DNA from: Paraphysomonas bandaiensis
Lineage: Eukaryota; Protista; Chrysophyceae
Length of the DNA: 64,000 nucleotides
Assembly: GCA_965644295.1 (NCBI GenBank)
Contig: CBFFRP010000297.1
Coordinates: 434,001-498,000 of the forward strand
Reading direction: 5' to 3'
Below, in pieces: positions 1-13,181 of this stretch (its first letter is position 1; the number at the start of each line of letters is the position of its first letter). The notes below the pieces were generated by a model. The model was given only the letters and a program-made list of their open reading frames with translations, was not told the DNA's origin and ran no database searches. The position numbers were made by a program, and so were the translations under genes.

Positions 1-1020
1 CACTAGCTGGAGCAGCACTAATATGGTACAGGTAGTCGGATATTAGAGTTGTGTCTTCCGCATTCCACCTATCGGATCCAAATCTCCTCCGTACAGCACT
101 TAGAACAGTTGCAGGTCCCTTAGGACCTAGCGTGCGCACGATCTGTTGCGGGGTAAAGTTAGATGACCACAGACAATCAATTAGTCGAATGGTGGATGGT
201 AGCTCGGACGAAGGAACGTGTGTGTGGGCAGGAGGGATGTCAGCCAGCCCAGCGGGAGATACAAGGACTAGAGAGTTTACACCTGTGTGGGGGTACTTCA
301 TAGCATATCGAGCGCAGAGATAGCCCCCCAATGAGTGCCCAGCCAAAACGAAGTCAGATACGCCAATAGACTCTCTGAATTCCTATAAGTTAACAACTTG
401 TAAGATGTTCATATGAATATCCTTTGGTGCTATAATTATTACGAACTTGGAATACCTCTAAACTGTCGATAAAGAAATCAGTTGCGCGGGTGGGTCCCAT
501 GGGCTCTGATGGCCACCACGAACCCATAAGTGGCATTCGAGGGGAATAACGGCAATTTGGGCGAGAGCTTCCGCCCATTCCTAACCAGTCCACAGCAATC
601 ACGCGATCAAATTCACCTATCAAGGCGTCGTAATTGGCTGGACATCACATCACATTAACACAACAGTAAACTCAGTTACATATGAATAAACTCACCAAAA
701 AACATCCCGAGTCCTGATCCGAACCCATGCAGCAGTAGCAGCGTCTTATCCCTCTCTCTGCCGCCATCGCCTCTAGATGGTTGTGTTCTCTTCATATCAA
801 TGAAGTTTATGTACTCTCCAGACTTAAGATTCATGATTTTATGTGTGACTGGAGCCCTCACGAATCTATCGAATATAGCGGTCTGTGACATGTGCAGTAG
901 TTTGGGTGAGGTGGGGAGGAACAGCTGAGATATCATATCGATATAGGAGTCCTCGGGATACACGTGCTCGGAGATAGGGCTTGGATCCTTCAATTTATCT
1001 GATGCCTTCGCAGTGTTCAT
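1..1020 (-). CDS. Alpha/beta hydrolase, ABHD4/ABHD5(CGI-58)-like (3' end runs off the window)
   Basis: Exons ~1020-696, 637-456, 382-<1 joined by GT-AG introns. Motifs LLLLHGFGSGLG, VIAVDWLGMGGSSRP, FFIDSLE, nucleophile elbow LAGHSLGGY and LVLVSPAG. Confidence 0.85.
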
Positions 1021-1466
1021 AGCCAGTTAAATGATGCCATATGGACTCGTAAGGCTCGATATGTTTGCAGTGAGCTGATACGATCACAAGATGACGTACA
1101 CGTACACATACATACATACATATACAGCACACTGCAGTACAGTTATGTACACAGATATACAGGTACTGTAGATGCCCTGCTGGAGTATACAGCACTGTAT
1201 ATGTATGTATGTATCCTAGGAATTCTATTTAAAAATCCACGAAAATTATGGCTCCTTGCCTCACGCACCGTACACACATTGTAGATCGGTATACGGAATA
1301 CAGCGGAACAGTCCTACATAGCAGTTTAGCTACAGTGATCTGCTGATGATGGTGGAGAGCCGTTAATGTTGAGTTCCATCAATGATGCATCCAGAAATCC
1401 ATATTGACACATATAAAGACCCATAAAAGCTAACATCTCTCTATAGAGACACACTAATCGACACCA

Positions 1467-1963
1467 ATGGCAAGAACTAAACAGGTGAATGACTTGTAAG
1501 TGCTTTTTGTCGAGAATAAATGTATCTTTAGATTGCAAGAAAGCATCAAGGCGGCAAAGCACCTCGAAAGACGTTTGGCAACAAAACTTCATATCGCCAA
1601 ACCACTAAACAACGTATTTGTATGAGAACATTGAAATTGACTTATAGTAAGGATTTTTCTTCAGGTCATCACAGGTATCGTCCTGGAACCGTTGCTTTGC
1701 GTGAGATTCGAAGGTATCAAAAAACATCCGAGTTGTTAATCCGACGCCTTCCCTTCCAGAGACTTGTTCGTGAAATTGCTTCTGATTACAAAAATGACAT
1801 TCGGTTTCAACAAAGTTCGATATTAGCCCTACAAGAAGCCTCAGAAGCGTACTTGACTGGTCTGTTTGAGAATTCTGTTCTTTGTGCGCTGCATGCTAAA
1901 CGGGTCACAATATTCGCAAGAGATATGCAACTAGCACGCAGGCTGCGTGGAGAGCGATTATAA
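1467..1963 (+). CDS. Divergent histone H3 variant
   Basis: Exon1 1467-1484 (MARTKQ), intron 1485-1531, exon2 from 1532 ([13 protein letters not shown]...), intron ending 1664, exon3 [18 protein letters not shown]...[10 protein letters not shown]. The histone fold aligns to H3 without gaps. Confidence 0.93.
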
Positions 1964-2230
1964 GCCAATCATCGGATATTTGGGGTATTTTATAAACTTT
2001 TTTTATGTCTATCTGTGAACTATGTAATCTCGTGGTGTTTGTAAAAACTAATTCTATTATGCATAAAAGTCATTTATACTTACACTACTCTAAATTTAGC
2101 TGTCAGATTTCGGTCTCAGGTAGCGTATGTTGAAACTTCACGACAGTGCTTAGTTAACAATACTTATACGCATTTACACTGAATAATAAATATACTAAAT
2201 AAAAGCATTTTATTAATAGGGATCAGAGAA

Positions 2231-2380
2231 AGTTAGTGAATGTCTTATTATTAGCCATAGGCGTGTAAGAGTCAGAATTAAAGTGGATTGCAATTTAACT
2301 AACTCGTGCTTAACTCTGATATCCTACTATTTGGCGCTACGAAAGCAGCTTGTGCGTCGTCACCGCAAGCACCAAGGGGT
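2231..2380. repeat. Dispersed repeat, inverted homolog of 39500-39603 (probable hAT transposase remnant)
   Basis: agttagtgaatgtcttattattagccataggcgt...gcttaactctgatat...caccgcaagcaccaagg matches the reverse complement of 39500-39603 with indels. Confidence 0.6.
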
Positions 2381-2737
2381 CAGAGGACAAGATTCATTCA
2401 ATGTCACCATTTCTATATTAAATATAATATTGCAGTCTTTCGTTATCATTTTATCGTGACCTGATATTGTTGTGTACTTAAACACGACCCGTACGTAGTT
2501 CTTAGTCAACATAACACAATATAATCTAATAATCTAATTCATGTGTATTATATAATTATCAAGTGCCATACTCCCTTAACACATAAATAGTTTCACAGCT
2601 AAGAAAACATCAATATATAGGAAAGTATGGTACCATATGCATATATACAATTAAAATAACTAAATTACATGTTTCGTGTCGCGTATAATACACACACTAA
2701 AGCATCGTACCAACGATTATAAGTATTAATCATCGGA

Positions 2738-5700
2738 CTAGCCCATAGGTCTCGCCAGCTTGCCTACAGCAACGCCACCACCTTTATTCTCTTTCTTCAG
2801 CTTATTCAGCTCTTTCTTGAGAGCGCTTAACTGTACTGACTGCATCGCACCAGGGGCAGCTGTGGCGTTCCTCACATCTTTACAACGCGTTGCAAAAGAT
2901 AAAGAGCTATGAGATTCAGACACATTATAATCCGCAGGAGAGCAGTTAACAAACATCTGCTCAGAAAAATAATTATATTAGATTAGCGGTCAAGTGATAC
3001 CCACCAAAGTTTTCGCGTTTCCTCCAAGGCTGTCAGACATAAGCATGGTCAAAGGGTGGTTCCGATAGGGAATATGGTTCCCTCCTGTTGTTAGAGCCGC
3101 AATAACGTCCCCTAGAGCAGATAAAGATTTATTTATGCTCTGGGCCTCTTTCAACATCTCTCCCTGAGCTCCAGATTTGTCTACACGCTGTACAAGAGTG
3201 TGTTAAACGTATCACTGCGAGTGGTATATGCAAAAAATGAGTTTTGCATGCGCCCTAATACCATGAAAAAGTGCATTGATGCCAAATACAGACGTACACA
3301 TATCAAGAGAATATAGTAAGCATACCTCGGATCCGGCCAAATCTACTAGGGTAAGTTTTCCCGTCGTTGTGGCCCCAGTGCGCCTATTGGTAAGCGTGAT
3401 AACCAGCGTGCATATTAGATGCGATCTGGAACTTTCTGCGTTCATTTGAGTCGATGCGGTGGTTCTTCTAGCCGCACCTGAGTGCATGAAGACATTATAG
3501 TGCATATTATAACTAATGGCATACCAACCTAACTCAAAAATACGCATAACATCCGCTGGAGTTTCTGCCAACATTGAAACAGCGCCCTCCACCTACGAGT
3601 CTGTCAAATACAAATGCTCTCCAAGGTATAGCAATGTATCATAATTATTACATGTACAAGTCCAGTGGGACTATGTTCTGCTAAAGTAATCTTGAGTTGT
3701 CCGTTTGAGTTAATGGATCGTTTCAGAGGATCATCAGCTGCCTTTTTCTTACCCTTGGCTTCTTTTAGAAGATCTTCTAAACCATCACGATAGAGCTGAA
3801 ACATTTGGACCGACACCTGCACACAAAATGATGAACTGACCACAACAGATATCTGCTGTCGGTGGTGGCACATATAAGTACTATCTTCTACCACACAAAT
3901 GTATTTATACACACTATACACCCTCTTCGGAATACCTCGGCCGAGCACTGGGCATTCCTCTCGTTAACCAAACGGAAAATCTCAGACACAGCTCTTGGTG
4001 TTATCCCAGCCAGTTCGTCAAACTCACCGTTACTTTGAAGACAGCTGCCTGCACGTACCAAAGGGACACACACATTATTTAAACTATGCAAAGTAAAAGC
4101 ACGACTCCAATCACTGGTACATATATTTCATTGTCTTACCTATATCACTTGCCCCGATCATTGTGAATGTTTTCCTTTATAATGACGTAATATTACTTGA
4201 ATTCAGCAGATAAAAAGAGTACTCACCCTGACCCCGTTTGACCATATGCAAATATACAAACATTATAGCCGTCGATGACGGAGAGCATCAAATGCTTTGT
4301 GTCTCTGAAAACATCCTGTTGACTATTCCCATTGCCACTGGATCCACCAAACACCTGCAGTCAAGTCAGTATTTATTTCATATTTCTCAAATACAAAATT
4401 GGAAATCGGTTTCTAGATGAATGACTTCTCGTGTATGTGAACAAACTCAAATAACTAGGAATTAAACCTGATCAAAGTCAAAATTCTTCTTAGAGTCTGG
4501 ACCTTGAGCTCCTTTGACAAGAACCGACATTTTGCCGTCCTACGCAGAGCATACCACACTTTACTTAATACCATATGGCTAGATATATATCATTTGACCT
4601 TCAAAACGGCTTCGGAGCAGTTTTTACTCGCTTCACTGTTAGACAGTGGTCTAATGCGTACATATACTCTGATTTTACCTGTCCACACATGGTCATAATC
4701 AATGATATGTATAGAGCCCATGTTAGTGGACAAGAAGACATATCAGTCGTCTAACAAACACCTATTCCAGAAAGCTTACCCTTCATATCTTCTATTTCAT
4801 TGTGAAGCTTCTTTCGGGCTTTCTGCTCTCTCCCAAGATCCCTGTGTAAAAGCACACAACTGAGCAAAATGGCACCTAAGCAGCACACTTACCGATGAAG
4901 TTGTGCATTATACTTTTCTATTTCCCTAGCCTCTGTAATCTCAGCCTGTATGTATTGCAGTAAAGGTAACGATACATAACAGAGTAAATAAGCACTTTCA
5001 CGGCACACCGTCAATGCAGTACAGATCACATCGTCGTAGTAAACTCACCACCATAGCCCTCTGAGCCTCTTCTGCAGCATCAGCCCTCTCGTTCGCCTCA
5101 TTCGCCTCTTTGCGGCATGACTCCGCCAAAGAATTCGCAGAGGACAAATCACGGGCAGCCTTGGACAGCTTTTCGGCAGTGTCACTGGACAGGTGTTGTT
5201 AAATAGCATACACACTCTGATATATTTCATATAGAGCACGCCGCCCATTCCATGTAGGTATACAGAACTATATATATCACAAATAAGTCACTTCATACTT
5301 GTTCAGCTCTTCAAAGTCTCTATCACGTTGAATGCGGTACATCTCTAACCGTTCATCCGCCTCTCGGCGTATTCTTGCGTTTTCAGAACGCTCTCGTGCC
5401 AATTCAGCCTATTTTTAAAAATGGTCATTAAGGGAAAATAGCAGTCAAAGCTTACTTCATTACATACCACTCCAACGACTGTTTATAGAACGCATACTAA
5501 TATACACCATACTCAACGGTACTCACCTGCAGATTAGCTTTGGTTTCGTTTAGCTGAGTCTCAACTTTCTTTAGAGCCAGGGCATGCTGCTCCTCTAAGT
5601 GTCTCATGTGTGCCGCCCTTTCTTCCGCAGCCTGTTGCTCCTGCTGTATTCTATCCTCATGACTTGACTCTAAGGTAGAGAGTGTGTTCTACACACCACG

Positions 5701-7798
5701 GACGAGTAAATAAAGAGCAAATACAAGAGAAAAATTCTAATGTGCTACAATACTAGCACCACACTCTTGAGAGAAGCATAATTTCATCAAACAAAATTTT
5801 CCAGTCTACACTACTTTAAATAGTGCATATATAAGTAAACCGCACTCAAACCTGGAGGCTACGCAGCTTTTCTTGCTCAATATCTAGGGTTGAGTTCGCA
5901 AGATGCAAATCAGTTTTGAGGGCTGTATTCTCTGTCTCCAACCTATCGATTGCTTCCTGAAGTCTACTGACAGCCTCAACGCCAGATAAACTGGACATAT
6001 CCAGGCGCTTCCGAAGCTCTGCCACTTCGCCCTACATGACACACGTTATATCTTGTCCACTGACCAATTTATCAGTTGTGAATTCATCATTAGATATATG
6101 CCACGTTTAGTAACACCCCAAGCCACCAATGCTTTCCTATTTAATTCGTACCTCAATTCTGACTTTTTCCATCTGAAGTGATTTGCATTCAGACTCAAGT
6201 TTAGATATAATACCATCTTTGTCCGCAATGGCAGCTCTGAACTCTGAGCGCTCTCTGTTGAGTACCTACGACAAATTAATCACCTTGAGTATAACAAATA
6301 ATAGTTATTCTTAGATATAATACTATCTGTGTAAATTAAACTCTTCCCACAGTACATACGTACTCCAATCAACTGTACAAGTAGGTCAATACCTCGTCAG
6401 CCTGTAGCTTCGCTTCATTCAAAAGTCGCTTCATACCTTCTGGGTCCATAGATGTCGTGAAGCTACCGTTTCGAGCGAGTGATTTCTTTGTGGGATGACC
6501 TGTATTTTCATAAAAGTCGGTAACTTATAATTGATGTATTCATACAGCATATAATATTACACACCACAGGCAGCACATTGAATACAGGTACTACAGATGT
6601 GTTCATACGAATAATTTTCACTTAAATAGTGCATATTGATCCACAGAGTCATGTACATATTGATTAGATTAATACCTGGCTGGGAATAGGGTGCAATGTG
6701 CTTTTTTGGACTACTACTAGATGTGTGAAGGGTATCTGCTACCACATCATGGTCAGGTGACTCCACTCTCTCCAAATCCATGTCTCCGAATAAGTCTTTT
6801 TCTTCTTGTACAAATTGCATTGAAGCCTGTCTGCTCATATAATCAGACTCCCACAAACATTCACCATTTGTGAGATTCATGTAGTATTTCGAGCCACTGC
6901 TGGGATCAATATTTTCTAACCACTCGCTGTCATCGTGCATACTCTTTTTAGGCGGAGTAGAGTAGGACGCATTGTTCACTGCATTCGGGGAGCCGTTCAT
7001 CGGGTTATTCATTCGCAGTTGGTTCATATGTGGTGACATGTTCCCTCGCGCAGCAGCAAACCCCACTGGTCCCTGCGATGCTGTCATCAATAATTTCTTC
7101 TGCAAAAATGATGCGGCTTGATGCATATTGCTCTGCCTTGCGTAGTCAACTGCGGTATAATCATAGTAGTCAGTGGTTCCAACTTGTGCACCATATGACA
7201 GAAGCATTTTACAAAAGTCTACATCCCCTGTCGAAGCACAATAATGTAGCGGTGTGCATCCATATGATGTCTCAGGAACCTCTGGATTGGCTCCATTTTG
7301 GAGAAGCATACGGGCAATCGACTTGGATTGTGAATCTTTGTAGCAAGCATAATGAAGACAGGTCGCACCGGAGCTGTTGACAGCATTGGGGTCTGCACCT
7401 TTATTGAGTATAATACGAACCAGTGGCTCACAACGGTATTGACAGGCAGAGAGAAGCAAAGTATTGCCATAACTATCTGGTGCGTCAATTTCTTCGACAG
7501 ATAACGCAGATAGTGTTGATCGAACAATGCTATCATTGCCAGCATCACCCTGGCCATAGTATGGAATAAATTGGAATAGCAAATCTATCGCATTGACATC
7601 ATCATCCCCCATATTGTCCACAGCTTTCATAGTGTGTATAACTCTAGTTGCTGCCTTCCTAAGAGGAACAGATTCCTTGATATGATCTTTACGGCTGTCT
7701 CGAGTTTCTACATTGCCGATACTATCATCTGCTCGCTCATAGTTCTGTTCGCCGTTATCGGCAACAGGTTCTATCGGTACTGCTGGAGCGTTCCCCAT
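2738..7798 (-). CDS. C-terminal-motor kinesin (kinesin-14) with N-terminal ankyrin repeats, WW domain and coiled coil
   Basis: Start MGNAPAVP at 7798. Ankyrin repeats ([27 protein letters not shown]), WW-like [26 protein letters not shown], then many short coiled-coil exons 6500-4800. Neck [24 protein letters not shown]-loop [31 protein letters not shown]; stop at 2738. Confidence 0.85.
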
Positions 7799-8046
7799 AA
7801 TAAATATATAGCGCAAAATAAAAGAGTTATGCTTAAGCCGGACGATCGAAATATACTGACGAGTGATTATACGGCCAGGCAGACATCACAACAGACACAG
7901 ATAACAGAAGAGTGGCACCTATACTCAAAACAAACACAAGATACTCACACTCACAGAAGATAATTATCAGAAATGGTTTCCGGATATATAAAACCCTCAC
8001 TGATCATAACAAGTTCGTTATGCTCTATTCCCACTGTATATAGGAA

Positions 8047-8238
8047 TACATACACATACACACATACATACATACATACATACATACATACATACATACA
8101 TACATACATACATACATACATACATACATACATACATACATACATACATACATACATACATACATACATACATACATACATACATACATACATACATACA
8201 TACATACATACATACATACATACATACATACATACACA
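8047..8238. repeat. (TACA)n microsatellite, ~190 bp
   Basis: Directly visible tandem tetranucleotide run between divergent genes. Confidence 0.99.
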
Positions 8239-8388
8239 ATGACTGGTAGGCACAGTGCGATATATGAAGTGTATGTATCTTTGCAGCAAACCCAATTATT
8301 ACTGAAGATACAATACACGTAAAGCAACGCGAGGAACTAGTAGGCTATCGACAAAACCTTTATTTAATCTATTACGTTGTGTGGCTAA

Positions 8389-8832
8389 ATGCCGAAGTCG
8401 TGTATTGAGTGGACACCGTTGGCGAAAGTCTCTTTGGAAACTAGAATACTATGGGAATCTGTTATAGCAATATTCGTGTCATTGTTCTTTTTTCTTTGGG
8501 CTCTACTTAATACTATTCGTGAATATTATGATGACGGTTTGGAGTGCTTTCCTTTGACTATAGCAGCAGGCGTTTACGGTGTACTGCTCTACAAACGCGT
8601 GTTTTCTCCTTCGACACTAGCTTTTGGCCGTCTTATTGCTTTCGGTTTCAGTGTTGTTGTACTCATTTTTGTACTGGCCTCTATCTTGACCGAAGGAGAC
8701 GAGATGCATCGTGCTTATTTAATAGTGTCTGCTTTCGTCTGGGCTTTGTATGGTTATATTTACTACTGTGACGCGGAGGCATGGAGGTTAGAAAGTGATA
8801 AAGTTCGGTCAATGTCTGAGCCGATGTTGTAA
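8389..8832 (+). CDS. Small multi-pass (about 4 TM) membrane protein, unknown function
   Basis: 147-aa single-exon ORF with four hydrophobic stretches and an AT-rich 3' flank. Confidence 0.65.
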   Translation: MPKSCIEWTPLAKVSLETRILWESVIAIFVSLFFFLWALLNTIREYYDDGLECFPLTIAAGVYGVLLYKRVFSPSTLAFGRLIAFGFSVVVLIFVLASILTEGDEMHRAYLIVSAFVWALYGYIYYCDAEAWRLESDKVRSMSEPML

Positions 8833-8919
8833 CATGTTTTATACATCATCATTGTAACTTTTTTTTATACTTAAGCTAAGAACCTATATTAACTTTTGAT
8901 TTTTGTTTCTTTTAGTTAT

Positions 8920-9039
8920 ATTTAACCACGGGCAATAAGGAGGCTATATCGTCCCGCGCTCAAACTTTTGAAACGAGGGCGAAAAGCCCGAGTTTTAAAA
9001 TTTTGACAAGGGACGATACTCCTTATCCCTAGGTTAAAT
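8920..9039. repeat. ~120-nt imperfect palindrome/hairpin
   Basis: tttaaccacgggcaataaggag..tatcgtccc pairs with gggacgatactccttatccctaggttaaa. Inner arms tcaaacttttgaaac/gttttaaaattttga; apex gggc-gaaaa-gccc. Confidence 0.85.
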
Positions 9040-9526
9040 TGTAGCTTATCCTCATGACGTTGAAAAGTTAATATTACATTGTATAGCTATTTGTAGCATG
9101 CTTGCTGTATAAAGAAATAGATGTTCCCTGATTAACATTAAGAACACAAATGAGAACTCAAATCAATGATATGTATACTGTAAGTGTGATGATGAATGTG
9201 AACAGTTGAAGGTGAAAGAGAGGCTTCTTATTCCTTAATTAGCATCATCACATTTATATACAGCAGGCTTTACCTTTGCAAGTGCACCTGATCGAATGAT
9301 GTGTGTATGATATGAGGCACACAATATCATGAGAAGCACGATATGGCTCAAACCCTGTAAGAACTGGGTGTCACTGCTCCTAACCACCTATATAGCATCA
9401 GATATGGTACTTAAACTCTCCTGCAATGTCCTTTAAGTTGTTTCGAAGTCCTGGATATGAAGACAGATCACTTGCACTGACATCGTTGTGATCTTATACA
9501 GCAGTCGAAGGATGGAATATAACCTG

Positions 9527-9750
9527 GAGTGTCTAATGGTTTAACTCATGATTGTGGATTCTCTATAATTGTGTGTACTATAATGAAATCACATATATAC
9601 GACTGTCATTATCATACTTAGGATAGAAGTGAGCTTCTGTTGAACCCAATATTGAAGTTGAATGTCTATATTTGCCCGGTGCTGATATGAGCGCCCTGTT
9701 GAGACAAAATCAGGTCAAAAAAAAGCTTTTTTGAGACAAAATGGGGATAA
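9527..9750. repeat. Dispersed repeat family; inverted copies at 32145-32317 + 33355-33406 and ~33630-33731
   Basis: Its reverse complement ttatccccattttgtctcaaaaaagc...aaatatagacattc...aacttcaatatt...ccacaatcatgagttaaa..cattagacac recurs at those positions. Confidence 0.85.
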
Positions 9751-10043
9751 GTACATATCCCACGACACAACATTGATTTATGTTTTTGTAGTGGTGTGGT
9801 GTTTAATGTAGCAATATGGGAATATTTCATAACCGTAGGCTGTCATGTAGACAAAATACTAGGCCCATATACATACCGATACTGTCAGATATTCGTTAGC
9901 AGAGGCGACAGTTCTTATGACTTATGTATAAGAGAAAAGTTCCCAACTGTACTATACACTATACATGAATACTGCAGTCGAGTTCAAAATTATTTTATTA
10001 ATAATTGTAACATACGTTCAAACACATTAGAATAGGTAATTTC

Positions 10044-11001
10044 CTACCCTTTGTACCCTGCCAATACAGCAACAACACCAATTAGACCACCGAAAAAATT
10101 TCCCCACACCACAAGCCACCCCAGATGATTTCTAATGACGTCTTCCATGATCTCCTTGATCCTCTCTGGTGTCAGTTGCTGTAGCTTGTCAGTCATCATG
10201 ATGTCGAGCTCAGATCGAACTCTATCGACCGATATGACAGTGTCGGGATCAAACTTGTCTACCAATACCTTTGCCATTTCCTGGCCAAAGGCAACCAGCA
10301 TAGGTTTCAACATCGGCGCCATTTGTTCTATTCCGCCAAACTACAAATGGATGGAATAAGCTTAGAAATACTAGATATCAGATATGTATATACCATTTGC
10401 GAAATTGTCGCCAACATAACACCCTCAGGTTTCTGAGATAATTCAGTGAGTTTCTCTACAAACATAGTATCAAAATCCGGGGAAGAAGTAATCTTTTGTA
10501 GTAATCCGGGTAAGTCCAACGTTTTGAGCAACTCTCGAGAGCGGGGCCCAAGGTGATGTTTCAGGAAACTCTTGTCGAAAAACATTTCGAGTACTGATTC
10601 TTTAATAGCCTGTCTAATTTCTTTAAATCTTCTGGGAATAACCCCAGAGCCTAAGAGAAACGGTATCCTATCAAAAAGCATCTTAACCGCCAACCAGTTA
10701 GTGATACCCCCAGCAAAGCCGAACAATCCGAACGCCAGCACAAATCTACTGACAAGGCTGCGCCCATGGAAGGTCTGGAGTAGAATCCCGATAATCATGA
10801 TCAAAAATGTGCTAAAATTAGAGATGTCTATAATGTTTATCCTGACACAGGTGCAGATGTTACATACGTGCAGCCCTATATGTGTGAAATTACATACTTT
10901 GGTGGCCAGAACCCGACTGTCTTCGGCCTCGCAGTGACCAGTAGGTCATCACCGTCGTCGTCGCTTGACGTATGTACAAGCTGTGTGTCACCTTCTTCCA
11001 T
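10044..11001 (-). CDS. DUF445-family membrane protein
   Basis: GFAGGITNWLAVKMLF..IP...GSGVIPRRF at the N-terminus and IRNHLGWLVVWGNFFGGLIG at the C-terminus are DUF445 signatures. Start MEEGDTQ at 11001; two short introns. Confidence 0.8.
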
Positions 11002-11522
11002 TTTGCTCGAGGCTCTATCTATCTCCATCTACCGCTAAGATATATACTCCAAGAGTATCAATAAGTACTAAGAAGATATAGATACCGTCACTTCAGCGCT
11101 TCTCCAGCGGGTGGGGTATAGTTTAGTTTAGTTTATAGTTGTGGTTATATATGGACAGACACATCTGTATGTAAAGTATGTGGATGTACACCTGCGTGTA
11201 GTGTGTATGGACACACTCACTTCTTCTACAGAGCAGACCACCCTTCCAGAAGCCTACCAATCATAGCACTCCATATCTGGAATACTGCCGTATACTAATC
11301 GAATACACTGTATGCATGCCCTTTGTGAATACAGTGTATTAGACTGTATGATGATGGTATAGCAACAGTACAGAGGTATGAAACCGTTGTATATGTATGA
11401 GTATGTGTGTAGACGAGCACCTAGAGAGCACAGGGTTATGTGCAGCATGGTATGGTATGTTACATGATATTACACACGTGCTGTGCCATTCTCACACCTT
11501 AATTATCAGTTGAGTTGAGGAC

Positions 11523-12693
11523 ATGGCGTATCTGGTAGAAAAACCAATAGTCAATGGGAAGAGCCCATCTGGTCGTGGCGGAAACTCTGCAGTATATGTA
11601 AGGCTCATCTGCAGTCTCTGAGTGAGTTAATTTGTTGTCAGATTGATGGAAAGCTGATCGTATTCGGTGGACACTTTCTGGAAAGTGAGGTGTGTATATG
11701 TCGCCAAATTTGCATCATTCTGAGGTGTGTATAGGGCAAGTTCGAATATTTGAACGAAACATGGGTGTTCGATATTGAGAAGGTTGCATGGCAGTTGGTA
11801 AAGTGTTCTGGTGAACTACCCGCTCCTCGATATGGGCACTCCACACATGTTATTGGTTCGCGTATGTTTATATTTGGAGGAAAGGGTAGGAATGGCATGC
11901 TTAAGGATGTAATGTTTCTTGACCTCATGGAGTGGATATGGGTTCCTGTCAATCCTCTCTCTCAAGGACCTTGTGCCAGGTATAATTTGGGTATATTGTT
12001 GCTATGATTGTTCGTGAATTGACTTATTCAACCTGATGTTGTAGAATGAACCATGCATCTGAACTTGTTGGTCGTAAGATTGTTATCCACGGTGGGTGGA
12101 ACGGTGAAGAAACATACGACGATTTGTGGATATTTAACACAGACTCATTCGGGTGGATGCAGCCCCGTACATCCGGGTTTGCACCCACAGCCCGCTTTGG
12201 ACATACAATAAATCTGTCTGAGGATGGCCGTCTTATAGTGTTTGGTGGTTGCTCAATTCCAAAAGATACTCGTACTCCTCGCTATAACAGCGACATCCGG
12301 GAGCTTGATACTGATAGCATGATTTGGAGTCGCCCTCGTATTAGTGGAGAATCTCCTACAGGGAGATTTGGACACTCTGCAGTGCTCATGGGGGCAGATC
12401 GTAGCAAGCTTATTGTTTACGGAGGGTGGGGGGCGGGTGGGTGTCAGACATCTGAAGCCATTAATAACCCCCGTGCATTCTCATTGCATATTCTTAATAC
12501 CACGACCAACACATGGTCGACACCACAGAAGCTCAACAGAAAGCCACTGCGGCATTTGTACCACCATGCAGCATGTGTCAATGACGAAGGGGACTACATG
12601 TATGTTTTCGGAGGATTTGATGGGCGGCAGGCATCTTTCGACTGCTTATTCGTTAAGATGCAGCTCGACAGCGATATGATAGAAGAAATATAG
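11523..12693 (+). CDS. Kelch-repeat beta-propeller protein (RABEPK/KLHDC-like)
   Basis: Repeated PxxRxGHS...FGG motifs (PAPRYGHS..FIFGGK, PTARFGHT..VFGGC, PTGRFGHS..VYGGW). Start ATG 11523; introns near 11598, 11690 and 11980. Confidence 0.88.
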
Positions 12694-13181
12694 GACGTGG
12701 TGGTGTGTTATCAGATCATATAAATAGCGACATGAAGAAGGTTGGTGAAGTTACGATGTATCAATGTGTGTAGTTTGCAACAGCATAGTGATAAATGATA
12801 TTATTTAAATTATCAAGTATTATATTCGTCATTGTCTTGCGCCAGGTATATTGATTTCCGTATTCCAATAAAACAGCCGAAGCAAGTAAGATAGCCACTT
12901 TTCTTTCGGTAATATTCATGCGTTTCTTTTGCTTTTCCTAACAGAATAACTAACATACTGCTTTTAAATACCGTATTCTTCACGTAACGATTATAACTCA
13001 AAACATTAAAGCCACAGCTTTTAGTTGCTTACCAATAAGCAAACTTCAACATCTTCAATCACATCTGTTCCTATACGACTAAAACTCGTACAAAGCAAAA
13101 TTTCCTGGTACTTGAATACGAATAGGCATTGCAAAACTAACACTCGTTATATTCAAGGAAATAATATATTAAAATTTATAT

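Noticed and set aside
1467-1963. Calling the H3 variant CenH3
   Set aside because: The tail still aligns to H3, loop 1 is not extended, and Q68/F84 are retained.
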